DNA from: Heterodontus francisci | Taxonomy: Eukaryota | Direction: 5' to 3' | Assembly (NCBI RefSeq): GCF_036365525.1 | Contig: NC_090417.1 | Coordinates: 1,970,832 to 2,034,831, forward strand | Length of the DNA: 64,000 nt | Shown here: positions 51,706 through 64,000 of the stretch, piece after piece | How the letters are laid out: the number at the start of each line of letters is the position of its first letter | How positions within the stretch are numbered: the stretch's first letter is position 1 | The notes under the pieces: model-generated | The model's input: only the letters and a program-made list of their open reading frames with translations | Told to the model about the DNA's origin: nothing | Databases searched by the model: none | Made by a program: the position numbers and the translations under genes

Positions 51706-53369
51706 TACACTGTTGATACATTGCCCACGAGGAATATTTGCAGGGCACCACTCTCACTGTTATATATTAAGGCTTACATCAAGCTTGCTCATGCTCTTTG
51801 CTTCTATTTCAGTGCTGCAGCTGGAGGCAGGGAGCTAGATGGAAAATTCAACTAAAGAACCGCTGAGATCTGTTGCTGGTTTCCTTTTGGTTGAAGGTGC
51901 TGGAGCCGATACTTGCTTAAGCTGCTGAAATGTCCTAACTGTGAGCCAAGTGGTTTCCATAGAGCGCTCTGTTTGTGATGTAATTGGATGTGAGGGAGCC
52001 TTGGTTACAGATTCCCTCTGGATTTGCTGCCGTACAATGCAATTCCAAATTCCAATGGTAGTAGATTATACAATATGGAGGGGTTCGGTTCTAAATTGGC
52101 TGTATTTTTCTTATAACCTAGAAGTAAGACTTTACTTTCGATACTTACACTTTCTTAACTCAAAAAGAAGGCAACTTCAGAAGGGACTGTTACGAAAGGT
52201 GGCCTTCTGTTTAAGCAGCTGAACTGCACTGGGTGTATGATGGCAACTTGCATTACTGCAGAGTTCCTCACACATGCACAGAAGTGAGGATCAAAGAAGG
52301 GAAGTGGAAAACTGGTGGTGATAGGTAGCAAAGACCCGGTCCAAAACCAGAGCCTTGATCTTCTGAAAGGAGGAAGGGAACTGGAAACATAATGTACTGG
52401 CTGGATGAATAACACTCGATGGATGGAGTGGGCTTCATGCCATGATGTATGGCTGGAAATGAGCGCTATGAAGTGCTCACTAACCTACACTGTCTCCCAG
52501 TCCATTAACGTCTCAATTTTAAAATTCTTATCCTTGGTCCCAAGTCCCTCCATAGCCTCGCCCTCCCAATCTCTAACTTCAACCCTCGGATATCTGCACT
52601 CCAATTCTGGCCTCTTGAGCATTCCTGATTTCAACCATTCCAACTTTGGCAGCTTTACCTCCAGCTGTCTAGGCCTGAAGCTCTGGACTCTCCTTAAAAC
52701 CTATCTTTTTAGCCAAGATTTTTAGTCACCTGTCCTAACACCTCCTTATGTGGCTCACTGTCAAATTATGTTTGATAACGCTCTTGGGATGTTCTTCTAA
52801 GTTAAAGGTGCTATGTAAATGCAAGTTATTGAAGAAAGACAGACAGCACTCAAAATTGTTGAGGTTCTGGGGAAGAGAAAAGCTTGCCTTTTTATAGTGC
52901 TTCGCGTGACTTCCAGATGCCCCAAAGTCCTTTACAGCCAATAAAGTCCTTTAAAATTGTAGTCACTGTTGTAATATAGGAAACAATAGCAATGTGGAAA
53001 TGAAGGACTGAGTTTTCTTTCCTAGAAAGGAGAAGGCTGGGGGGTGACCTGATAGAGGTCTTTAAAATTCTGAAGGAGATTAATAGACAGAGATGTTTCC
53101 ATTTGTAGGGGAGCTCAAAACTAGAGACCATAAACAGAAGATAGTCATTAAATAATTCTAGTTGGTAATACAGGAGAGACTTCTTTACCTGGAGAGTGGT
53201 TCGAATGTGGATTTTGCCACCGCATGGAATATTTCAGGCGAATGGCATGGATGCATTTAACGGAAAGCTAGGTAAGTACTTGAGGAAGAGAGGAATAGAA
53301 GGATATGCTGATCAGGTTAGATGAAGTTTGGGAGGAGGCTCATGTGGAGATAAACACCAGCACAGACAT

Positions 53370-53539
53370 AAAAGCAAAATACTGCAGATACTGGAAATCT
53401 GAAATAAAAACGTGAAATGCTGGAACCACTCAGCAGGTCTGGCAGCATCTGTGGAAAGAGAAGCAGAGTTAACGTTTCGGGTCAGTGACCCTTCTTCGGA
53501 ACTGAGTTCCGAAGAAGGGTCACTGACCCGAAACGTTAA
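53370..53539 (-). mobile_element. Penelope-like insertion ending in an inverted (palindromic) pLTR piece
   Basis: Perfect 35-bp inverted arms (53469-53503 / 53505-53539); flanked by ACCAGCACAGACAT / ACCAGCATAGATAT; inserted in a CR1 tail. Confidence 0.75.
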
Positions 53540-54609
53540 ACCAGCATAGATATGTTAGGCCCGATGACTTGTTTTGGTGCTGTAAATTCTTTGGAATCCT
53601 GTTGAGCATGGGATCAATGAAATGACCCCTAATTTAAAAAAAAAAATCAGTGTTGTTTAAACTTACAATTACTTGTTACATTGCAGATTTGCTGATTTCT
53701 TTGATTAATGTCCCCTGGTCACGAGACCCAGAAGCTCGCATAAATACAGGCACAGACTGGTTGGTCCGTGTGCCCTGCTCTGGAGGTGAGAGTACTTCAT
53801 TTCCAGCAGAGAATATGTTTGGCTTGTGGCTTCAGTGGGTAAATGGACTGACCTCTCGATGACTGTATTTGGGATTATGGACTGCAAATTGCTTTGGAAT
53901 GTCCCAAGGTTGTGAAAGAACATAGGAACAGAAGGAGGCTATTTATCTCCTCGAGCCATTCATTGAGGTCGTGGCTGATCCTGTGACCAGCCTTTGCCTC
54001 ATATCCCTTCATACATTTGGATAACAAAGATCTACCAATCTCATTTGAAATTAACAGCAAATCACCCCTTCGCTTTCTAAATTTCAGGGACTACAATCCT
54101 AGTTTGATCCTTGCAAGTTAACCTTTGGAGTCCAGGAAACATTCTGGTAAATCGATATTGCACTCCCTGCAAGGCCAATATATCCTTCCTCAGGTGTGAT
54201 GCCCAGAACTGCTTACATTATTCCTGGTGTGATTAAGGCAGGGCTTTGTATAACTAAAGCATAACTTCTACCCCTTTGTATTCTGTTCCTCTTGATATAA
54301 GACCGGTATTCCATGAGCCTTTTTTGATTATTTTCTGTACCTGTTCATGATATTTTTCATTATCTACGTACCTGGAGCTCCAAGTCTCTGGTCCTTTCCT
54401 GTGTCTCACCTTTTCCCAATTAGAAATACTCTCTTCTATCCTGTTAGGTCCAAAGTGGATGACCTTTTGCCTATCAATATCTCTTTGTAGTTTTATGCTT
54501 TCATCTACGCTGTTTACAATGTTGCCCGTCATCAGTAAATTTGGATATGTTGCTCTGTAGCTGAGAGCTGGCACAGACATGATGGGCTGAATGGCCTTTT
54601 TTAAAAATT

Positions 54610-54945
54610 TATTTTTTTTATTTGGAGATACAGCACTGAAACAGGCCCTTCGGCCCACCGAGTCTGTGCCGACCATTAACCACCCATTTATACTAATCCT
54701 ACACTAATTCCATATTCCTACCACATCCCCACCTGTCCCTATATTTCCCTACCACCTACCTATACTAGTGACAATTTATAATGGCCAATTTACCTATCAA
54801 CCTGCAAGTCTTTTGGCTGTGGGAGGAAACCAGAGCACCCGGAGGAAACCCACGCAGACACAGGGAGAACTTGCAAACTCCACACAGGCAGTACCCAGAA
54901 TTGAACCCGGAGCTGTGAGGCTGCGGTGCTAACTACTGCGCCACC
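54610..54945 (-). mobile_element. V-SINE / HE1-like tRNA SINE
   Basis: Reverse complement reads GGTGGCGCAGTAGTTAGCACCGCAGCCTCACAGC, V-domain-like TGTGGAGTTTGCA..TTCTCCCTGTGTCTGCGTGGGTTTCCTCCGG, a CR1-like tail and an A-rich end. Confidence 0.85.
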
Positions 54946-55379
54946 TTCTGTGTTGTAACCATTGTATGACTCTATCCCGTCACGTAAGTAATTAATAAAT
55001 ATGGCAAATAGTTGAGGTGCCAGCACAGATCCTGGTGGATCACCACCAGTCATGTCCTGTCAGTTAGAGTACCTGCCCATTATCTCTACTCTCTGTCTCT
55101 TGCCTCTCAGCCTAACCAAGTCAATAACTTGCCTTTAATGTCCTGAACTTCAGATAAAACGTTATCAAATGCCTTCTGCCATATCAATCCAGCCAGCCTG
55201 GTCCACGACTGGAAAGAAAAACTTCAATCAGCTTGCTAAGCATAACTTACCCCTTTTACAAATCGAGGCTGGTTTTCTCTCATCAGCTGAAAATTTTTAA
55301 GGTTTTTGTTTTAAAAAAAAAGTTGCTAAATAAATGCAAATGTGGGTTGAGGTGACGCTTGCAAAGAAAACAAGTGGTG

Positions 55380-55616
55380 TCCCTGTATGCTGGAGCAGAA
55401 TGGGATGCAGCTTTGCCCCTTTAAGAGCTGCAGCGTTGCTGGATGTTTACCGTGCGCTCTCAACCGAGCTTGAAACGGGGTCTGGTCGCCGCCTCCCCGC
55501 CCTGATTGGCTGGTGGCGGCGCCGGCGGGTTGTGAGTGGCTAAACGGCCCTGTCAATCATCGGGGCCCAGCGTGTTTGGTTGTTTCGCCTGCCCTGGGCG
55601 GGAGGCCAGCCTGAAG
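55380..55616 (+). promoter_or_regulatory. CNNM3: CNNM3 CpG-rich promoter / 5' UTR
   Basis: CCCCGCCC GC box, ATTGG at 55505, CTGTCAATCA at 55550-55559. Confidence 0.7.
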
Positions 55617-56901
55617 ATGGCGCCGGGAAAGCGGAGCTTGTGCCTGGCGCTGGCCGCCCTGTGGGGGCTGGCGGCCGGACAGCCGGAGGTGAGGGGGGCC
55701 CGGCTGGAGAGCGGCGGAGGCCGCGTCTACATGGAAGCCGGGGTGATTAAAGCGAGCGCCGGGGCCCGCTTCCAGCTGAGGGTCTTCGGCTCGGGGCTGG
55801 AGCAGGAGTGGGCGGTTAGGCCCTGGCTGGCCTTCAGCCGCGGGCTGGCCTGCGACAACAGCAGCCTGGACAGCGCCTGGCTGCGGCTGGAGGGGGCCGA
55901 GAGCGGCGGCGGCGGCGGCGGCTCGGTGCTGGTGGGCGTCCAGGCCGGGCAGGCGAGCGGCCGCTACTACCTGTGCGCCCGGGGCCCCGGGGAGCAGTGG
56001 GCGGCCCCCGGCGGCTGGCAGACGCCGCTGGAGATCCAGCTGCAGCTCCTGGCCGTGTGGGGCCAGGTCCTGCTGCTGGTGCTGCTGCTGCTCTCCTCGG
56101 CCCTCTTCAACCTGCTGCACCTCAGCGTCTTGTGGCTGGACCCCCTGGAGCTGCACATCATCCACCACTGTGGCTCCGAGAGGGAGAAGAGGAGCGCCAA
56201 GTCCCTGGAGCCCATCCGGAGAAGGGGCAACCTGGTCCTCTGCTCCCTGGTGCTGGGCAACGTCCTGGCCAATGCCGCACTGGGGGTCCTCTTCCACCTG
56301 GCATTCGGTGCCATCCTGCCTGCCATCTTCGTCTGCGCCGCCCTGATGTTCCTGGTCTGCGAGATCCTCCCATATGCCATCTGCTCCCGCTACGGCTTCA
56401 CTGTCGCCTCCAAGACCACCTGGCTGACCCGCCTCTTCATGGTCGTCGCCTGCCCCCTTTCCTTGCCTGTCGCCCTCCTGCTCGATCTGGCCTTGCGCCA
56501 GGACATCAGCACCTGCTACATCCGAGAGAAGATCCTGGACGTGCTGAGGTCCAGCGACCCGTACAGCGAGTTTGTCAAGGAGGAGTTCAGCAGAGGCGCA
56601 CTGAGGACGAAAGTGGTGGAGGACATCATGACCGGCTTGAAGGACTGTTTTATGCTCAGAGCGGAAGCCGTGCTGGATTTCAACACCATGTCTGAAATTA
56701 TGCAGTGCGGCTACACCAGGATCCCAGTCTATGAAGAGGAGAGGTCCAACATTGTGGACATAGTTTATGTGAAAGATCTGGCCATGGTGGACCCTGAGGA
56801 CTGCACGCCTTTGAACACCATCATCAAATTCTACAACCACCCTCTGCATTTTGTGTTTAATGACACCAAGTTGGATGCAGTCCTGGAAGAGTTTAAGCAA
56901 G
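55617..56901 (+). CDS. CNNM3: CNNM3 exon 1
   Basis: aagATGg; signal peptide; degenerate DUF21 ([16 protein letters not shown]); CNNM3-type [19 protein letters not shown]; [20 protein letters not shown]; donor CAAG|gtgatt; 1285 nt. Confidence 0.93.
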
Positions 56902-58224
56902 GTGATTGTGTGCAGTTTATTGCCCTTTGAGAAAAACCTTTGACCATGTGTGCTTGAGGTTAACCTAAAAGCTTGTGTCCTCCATGTCCTGCATGGAGAT
57001 TTTCACAAATGACGTCTATGCTTCAAAGTGGTGTTCAGCTTTCTCTCTCTAATCCAGGGGCAGCTTTTTCTACAGTCACTGAGAATATGTTGAATTCATG
57101 TCTTAATTTTATTCCCCCCACCCCTCCTCCCTGCTGCCCAGTTTCTGGCTTCTCTGGTCCTATCTCACGGCAGTTGACCTCTTTCGGTGCTGTGGGTCTA
57201 ATTGGATCGTTCTTTCAAAGAGCTGGCACAGGCATGATGGGCCAAATGGCCTCCATCTGTGCTGTATGATTCTGTGCCAAGTTATTATCTGGCTGTACTT
57301 TATATAACAAAAACAGGAGTTCCCAGCAGTAGGTAATAAATTGCATTACTCAATAGACTCTGCCACCGTTAACACTTCACTGTGGGTGTCAATACTCTTT
57401 GACACATATTACATAATCCTGCTTCATTACTAGTAACCAGCGTCAGCCAAAAAGCAGTCAGTTACTGATTAAATGCATCTTGTAAAATCCACTGTAGAGA
57501 GAGATGTAAGGGGACTGAAGCGGTTTCAGTGCAGTAATCTGAGGGCTGAATTATCACCTATACAACAACAGCTTGCAAGCGCCTTTTAATGTAGTAAATC
57601 ATCACAAGGCAGTCATAATTTGCGTGTATAGGAGGAGTGTTTCTGCAACGCTTGTAGGTATCCAGTGCATTTAATTATTATTGTCGACCATTTGAGATGT
57701 GGAGGGGCCTCGCATCCACCTTCTGGATGTATTCTGCTCGCCAATTTAAGAAGCTACTTTTTGTTTGAGTGTTCCCAACACATTTATCAGGAATCTTGTT
57801 TTTTTTCTCTCTCTCTCCTGATTTCCTCACCAATTGGTCAGGAACCCTGGCCCCTGTCTGGAACTTAGTTGCCGATGCCGTTTACTTCAAATCGTCCTTT
57901 CAATGATTGCCTGTTGTTTTGCCTGAAATACCGTATGTTGAATTCCACTTTTGGATTATCTCACAAACAGCCTACCCTGGCTCAGTGAGGTTACCCAGTG
58001 AGTTAAATCAAAAAGGGATAAACTGCAAACACACAGGAGGTTAGTGAGCAAATTAAACTGAAGGCTGAGAGCTATAACAGGCATTTTAGTAAGTTTGGAG
58101 AAGGGGAAAAGTAGGGGGGAAGAGTGGTGGGGTAAGAGAAGCAACAGGTACCAATTATCATGTTAAATGGCATGAAAACTGCTTTGTAAAAAAACTATTG
58201 ACATTAATGATTACCAGTGAGTTA

Positions 58225-58745
58225 CACCACTGGTTAGGCCCCAGCTGGAATATTGTGTCTAATTCAGGGCACCATACTTTACGAAGGATGTCAAGGCCTT
58301 GGTGAGGGTGTAAAGGCGATTTATCAGAACGGTAGTAGGGATGAGGGACTTCAATTTTGTAGTTAGATTGGAGAAGCTGGGACTGTTCTTTTTGGAGCAG
58401 AGAGGGTTACGAGGAGATTTCCTAGTGCTGTTCAAAATTATGAATGGTTTTGATAGAGTAAATAGGGATAAACTTGGCAGGAGGGTTGGTTTTACCTGGT
58501 TAGATTTAAGATAATTGGCAAAGAAACTGAGAGGGGAGTTGAGATTTTTGTTCTGATCTGGAATTCACTGCCGAAAAGGGCGCTGGAAGCAGATTCATTC
58601 GTAACTTGCAGAAAGAAAATTGGATAAATACTTGAAAAGCAAGATACATTTGCAGGACATTGCAGAAAGAGCAGTGGAGTGGGACTAATTGGATAGCTCT
58701 TTCAAAGAGCTAGCACAGACACAGTGGGCCAAATGGCCTCCTGTG
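58225..58745 (+). mobile_element. CR1 LINE 3' fragment
   Basis: CTGGTTAGGCCCCAGCTGGAATATTGTGT...TTGGAGAAGCTGGGACTGTTC...GGGCCAAATGGCCTCCTG. Confidence 0.8.
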
Positions 58746-59115
58746 CCATAAGATAACAGACATGCAGAAAGAATGGGAAAATTGGGAAAATAGTGGAGGG
58801 GTAGAAAAGGTACGAGAGTGAGAAGCTGATCCCTGGGTGTGTCCTGGTTTACGCCATATCAGCTCAGATGAGATAGGGACCCGACAGTCTGCCTCAGTCA
58901 GGGTTTGCTCGCAGTGGCTATTTATTGACCCTACAACTGGCTGTAAGTACATAGCAGGACAGAAATCAGTGTGATGACCCAGCCGTGGGTTGCCTGCCAG
59001 CTGTGGTCATGAAGGTTCTGGGTTCTGCCCACGGACCCACACAACAGCGAAAGATGAAGAGAGAAAGGGTGCAGAAAATCAAACATTTCCCAAAACAGTG
59101 TTGAACCCAGGTTAG

Positions 59116-59433
<318 letters not shown>

Positions 59434-60818
59434 TGACAGCACACAATAGACCACCAGTCTGCCCAACAAGTCAATGCTGGTGTTCATGCTCCAAGCGAGC
59501 CTCCTCCAACCCCTCTTCATCTCACCCTAATTAACATATCCTTCAATTCCTTTCTCCCTCATGTGCTTATCTAGTTTCCCCTTAAATGCTGGTGACCTCA
59601 ACCACTCCATGTGCTACTGAGTTCTAGATTCTCGCCACTGTCTGGGTAAAGATGTTTCTCCTGAATTTACTAGTGACTATCATATATTTATGGCTTCTAG
59701 TCCTGGTCTTGCCCACAAGTGGAAACATCTCTATGTCTCACCCATCAAACTCTTCCATAATCTTGAGGACTTCGATCAGGTCATGACTGAGTCTTCTCTT
59801 TCGGGAGAGGAGAGCTCCAGGCTGTTCAGTATTTCTTGATGGGTATATCTGTAAGTTCTTGTGTCATTCCAGCAGATCTTTTTTGTACCTACTTTCAGTG
59901 CCTTTATGAGCTTTCTATAACATGGAGACCGGAAGCATGCTCAGTATTTTGTGTGGTCTAACCAAAGTTCTATACATGTTTAATATAACCTCAGCCTGAG
60001 TCAGAGATAGAGCTGCAACACTGTAGTACTGATTCACCATTGCAGCCTGTCGTAAGTTCATAATGAAACCAAAACACAAAAAAAGAAGTTTTAATCATTC
60101 AGGGGATATGAGTGCAACTGGCAAGGCTGGCGTTTATTGCCTGTTGCTAGTTTCCCTTGCCAAGATACGGTTGAGCTGCTGCCTTGAACCGTGTGTTGTT
60201 TCTTCCACAGTGCTGTTAGGTCTGGACTTGTCGTATTTTACGACGATGCAGGAGCAGTCGAATTATGCCCAAGTTGGGAGGGTGCGCAGCTTGAAGGGGA
60301 GCTTGGAGGTGCTGGTGTCACCATGCACCACTTCTCAGTGGTGTGCGGTGTGGTTGTGGGTTTTCACCGTGCTGCTGAAGCAGCCGTGGCTTTTTTCTGC
60401 ATTGATGAGCTCTCGTGGTAGCTGGCTGGGTCATTGTCACTGAAACAGATGGACAGTCTTGGACCTGTGAATCACTTGCTGATCTCTGGACACTGGGGAG
60501 GGTGTGGGCTGCTGCAACTTGCCTCAGCCTCTCATTGGCAGGGAAGGAAATCGGGTATGTCCGTCACACCTGATGGATCCCTGGCCCTTGCTAGACAGTG
60601 CGTGCTTGCTTCAGGGGTGAATATCTTGGTATCTGGCCTCGCAAGTGAAGAGTGAGTGAAGTGTTGAATGGTGCCTGACTCCTGTGCAGATTTTGCACCC
60701 CCTTCACCCCCCCCAGTGAGATTCAGGAGTGAAGGCTAAAAACAGGTCAACGGTTTGAAAAAGGGTTGATGATTCTCAGGTCGGTTCCATTATGTATTTT
60801 TTTCTGTTCCTTCCGCAG

Positions 60819-60971
60819 CAGAGGTCAAGGTGAAGAAAAAACCTGCTCCGATCAACAGTTATATTGAGCGCAGGAAGGAAGACGTCTCGTTTTTTAAGGT
60901 GCCTGACATCGATCTAAAGGGCAAGATTTCACCCCAGCTTTTATTAGCAACGCAGCGCTTCTTATCCAGAG
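60819..60971 (+). CDS. CNNM3: CNNM3 exon 3
   Basis: cag|CA...AGAG|gtaggg; SEVKVKKKPAPINSYIERRKEDVSFFKVPDIDLKGKISPQLLLATQRFLSR; 153 nt. ATQRFLSR is CNNM3-type. Confidence 0.92.
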
Positions 60972-61672
60972 GTAGGGAGGCAGTTACTGCTGTGGAGTGA
61001 GGGGTGGTAAGGGGCAGTGTCTCCGGCCCCCCAAAAATACACAATAACCTGCAGGGTTCTTCAAAAATCAACTTTGTGAAGGAGAAAAAGGTCGTGAGTT
61101 TGAAGGTCAAGTGAGCTGCCGGATTGTTAGTCTCCTGCTTCAGTTTGGTTAAGGGGTCAGTGCTGTGAGGAGGATTCCAGTACAGTGTGATGCTAGCTGT
61201 GAGGTTTAAGATTGAGAAACTCTGATCACTGCTGTTCTGGACTATGACCATCCAGCCTTGGGAGAGAGCACTGTGAGCTGGGTTAACGCTGGGATGGAAT
61301 CCTGGTAAGAACGTGTCTATCATAGAGGGAATTGATTAAGAAAATCCCCTAGAAAGTGTATCTCTCAGTATTACAGGCTTGTGTGATTCTACCCCCCCCT
61401 ACTTTCATACGTTGATACAGATCTACTGAATAATGGACAGTGGCGATCAGGTATTGTCAGACCTACTTGTACATCAATGTGGTTTGGGATTAAAATACTA
61501 ACGTGAGTCATTTGATGCCACCTCTGGTAGAAATAGCCCAAAGTCTGTTCTCAGCTTCTTGCTATTATTAATCTATTAGCCACTCTGAAGTGAGTGACTT
61601 GTGTACAATACTGCACATGAACTGTGTGAATTTTGAAATTGCTGCTATAATGACCGCAGGTTGTCTTTACAG

Positions 61673-61842
61673 AGGTTGAGCTGTTCAGTCCCTCGCGGGT
61701 CTCTGAGAGAGTTCTTCTTCATCTGCTCAAGCATCCCAGTGTCAGCCAGGAGGTGAAGTTTGATGAAAAGGACAAACTGGCCCCGGAGCACTTCCTGTAC
61801 CAGCGGAATCAGCCGGTCGACTACTTCATTCTGGTGCTGCAG
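61673..61842 (+). CDS. CNNM3: CNNM3 exon 4
   Basis: cag|AG...CAG|gtgggt; [56 protein letters not shown]; 170 nt, same length as CNNM4 exon 4. Confidence 0.95.
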
Positions 61843-62564
61843 GTGGGTATAGTCCTGCTCCTGGACACAAGATCCCTACCATTTTACTTTCACTTGGGTA
61901 ATGTCCCTGACCCCAGTCCTTTTCCCTCCCTTCTCTCCTGAAGGCACTGACTTATACCTGTTATCTAACTGGGTGGCAGTTGGAATTTTATAGTAGGCCT
62001 CAGCATTCACTGGACATATTCCTCTGTGACCCTTGCTGAAAAGTGCATGTAGCCCTCAATGTGAAATAGCCAACACTGGCTGACCTGGCACAAACATGAA
62101 TTGTGTGTTTATTTAGTGCTGCTCCTGTGCCTCCAGCACACAGTGAGGAGGACCGAATTGTGCTGGGCGGTGGGGAAATCGAAGAGGCTTTTGGAAGAAT
62201 GGCGGCAGGTGACAATGTTCAGAGAACTGGGAGTGAATTCCAGAAGGAAACCTGTGAGCGGTTGGTTGGAGGGAGGGAGTGAGGGGGAAGGAGATGAGGT
62301 GTTGAAGGGACAGAGGTTGCGAGGAGCAAAGAGACGGCTGGTGTTAGGGGAGCAGGCAGAACAGATCTGTATGGTAGATTGGGGTGAGGCCATAAAGTGA
62401 TTATAAAAATAAAAATGTCAGTGTCAGGGTTACAGGACCAGTGTAGCTTGGGGGCAACAGGAGTTCTGGGACTTGGTGGGACTGAGGACTCCAGCTGGGA
62501 TATTTTGGGTGCAGGGCAGCTTGCGGGAGGTCGTACTGGAGTATCTGCTGTGTCACTGCCACGA

Positions 62565-62945
62565 GGAAGCACTTCTCTCTCTGTAGCGAGGTGCAACCAC
62601 TCTATTCTCCTCCAGAGACTTGAGCACAAAAATCTCAGCTGACACTCCAGTGCAGTACTGAGAGAGTGCTGCACTGTCAGAGGCACAGTCCTTTAGATGT
62701 GACATTAAACTTACGCCCTCTTAGAGATGTGAGAAGAGGAGCAGGGAATATCTCCTGACCTGACCAATATATATACCTCAAAAAAAAACAAATAAAAAAC
62801 AGATGTTCTGGTCATTATCGCATTGCTGTTTGTGGGAGCTTGCTGTGCACAAATTGGCTGCCGCATTACAACACTTCAAAAAAAGGACCTGATTGCCTGC
62901 AAAATGCTTTGGGATGTGCTGAGGTTGTGAAAAGCAGTATATAAG
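62565..62945 (+). mobile_element. Deu-type SINE copy
   Basis: CTCCAGAGACTTGAGCAC...CTGACACTCCAGTGCAGTACTGAG...GCTGTTTGTGGGAGCTTGCTGTGCACAAATTGGCTGCC. Confidence 0.75.
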
Positions 62946-63181
62946 TTCATGTTCTTTTCCTCTGAGTGTAGGGGATTCGATGGCTCAAATGCATAGTTTC
63001 TCATCCGTGACTCAGAGCATGACTGTTCTGCTACTGCTTGGGATACTTGTATTGCAGTGGTGTTAGCTAACTGAAAAGTTGATTTTCATTTATTAACAAT
63101 TGTAAACATTTTTTTGATATATCGCTTCCCTTTGGCATTGAAATATGCCCATGCACATTACCGAAAATATTGTTGGATTGA

Positions 63182-63364
<183 letters not shown>

Positions 63365-63904
63365 TAACTTTATTGGTGTTTTACTGACAAGTAAAAGGAC
63401 AAGAAGTTTACAGACACAAGAAGTCAGGATGTGTTTTAAGTATCTTTCCCGACATGGTTTCTTTGCTGGCGTGTGGGAAAAGAAATACGTTTATTGAAAA
63501 TAATGCCTGAAAGTTAAAATGTTTACATCAAAAGTTCCTTAATGTCATGAGTTCGGGCAGCCTCAGTTCAGTCCTGAGTGAGCACAGGCCACAAAACTGG
63601 CCGGATTTGATGCAAAAGCACCACTCACTCGGAGGCTGTTGTTCAGATTGAAATTTCACGTTGTTACAGTACTGCTAAAACTGGACCGGAGGCGTAGGTT
63701 TGCTCCCTATTGATGGATCAAAGCCTGCTCTGTTGGCTGTATGTGAAATGAGTGCTTGTCAGATTCAACCCTATTCCTGGTTGTCAGGCATAAAACTGCC
63801 TGTAATTCTTCATTAATTGGCACCAAATTAGCAAACTTACACAGATGCCACAGGATGTTTGGAATGGGAAAATCGTGCAGTTGAGTATGTTCTAAGGTTG
63901 GAGC

Positions 63905-64000
63905 TGAAGCTCTTTACAAGAGCAGGACTGTAACCCCATGCTGTACCTGTCCTGTGAGTGTTTGATGGGACAGTGTAGAGGGAGCTTTACTCTGTCTCTA
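63905..64000 (+). repeat. 69-bp satellite unit(s) at the window end
   Basis: TAACCCCATGCTGTACCTGTCCTGTGAGTGTTTGATGGGACAGTGTAGAGGGAGCTTTACTCTG. Confidence 0.9.

Noticed and set aside
55557-56900. 447-aa antisense ORF over CNNM3 exon 1
   Set aside because: Same GC-rich codon shadow effect.

Overview
Vertebrate genomic DNA, most likely from a cartilaginous fish (inferred from the CR1/L2/SINE/Penelope repertoire and the 68-69-bp satellite). It holds three spliced genes in the same order and orientation as human 2q11.2. (1) The 5' half of LMAN2L on the minus strand, coding exons 1-5, continuing past position 1. (2) A complete CNNM4 on the plus strand, 7 coding exons that join in frame to 2286 nt / 761 aa, followed by a ~4.2-kb putative 3' UTR. 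(3) The first five exons of CNNM3 on the plus strand, continuing past 64000. Introns carry CR1, L2 and RTE LINE fragments, tRNA-derived SINEs, Penelope-like ends and three tandem arrays (34, 68-69 and ~36 bp). No prokaryote-type system such as CRISPR is supported. The strongest leads are: a truncated Tx1-like LINE joined twice at the same position of the 69-bp satellite unit; a perfect 71-bp Penelope-type palindrome with hammerhead-like cores; a CNNM3 NAGNAG acceptor whose distal AG creates a stop codon; an E-to-G change in the CNNM3 CBS nucleotide-binding motif; an overlapping uORF at the CNNM4 start; and a PBX/PREP + CCAAT promoter architecture shared by all three genes. Repeat family names come from recalled motifs, not database searches, and TE boundaries are approximate.
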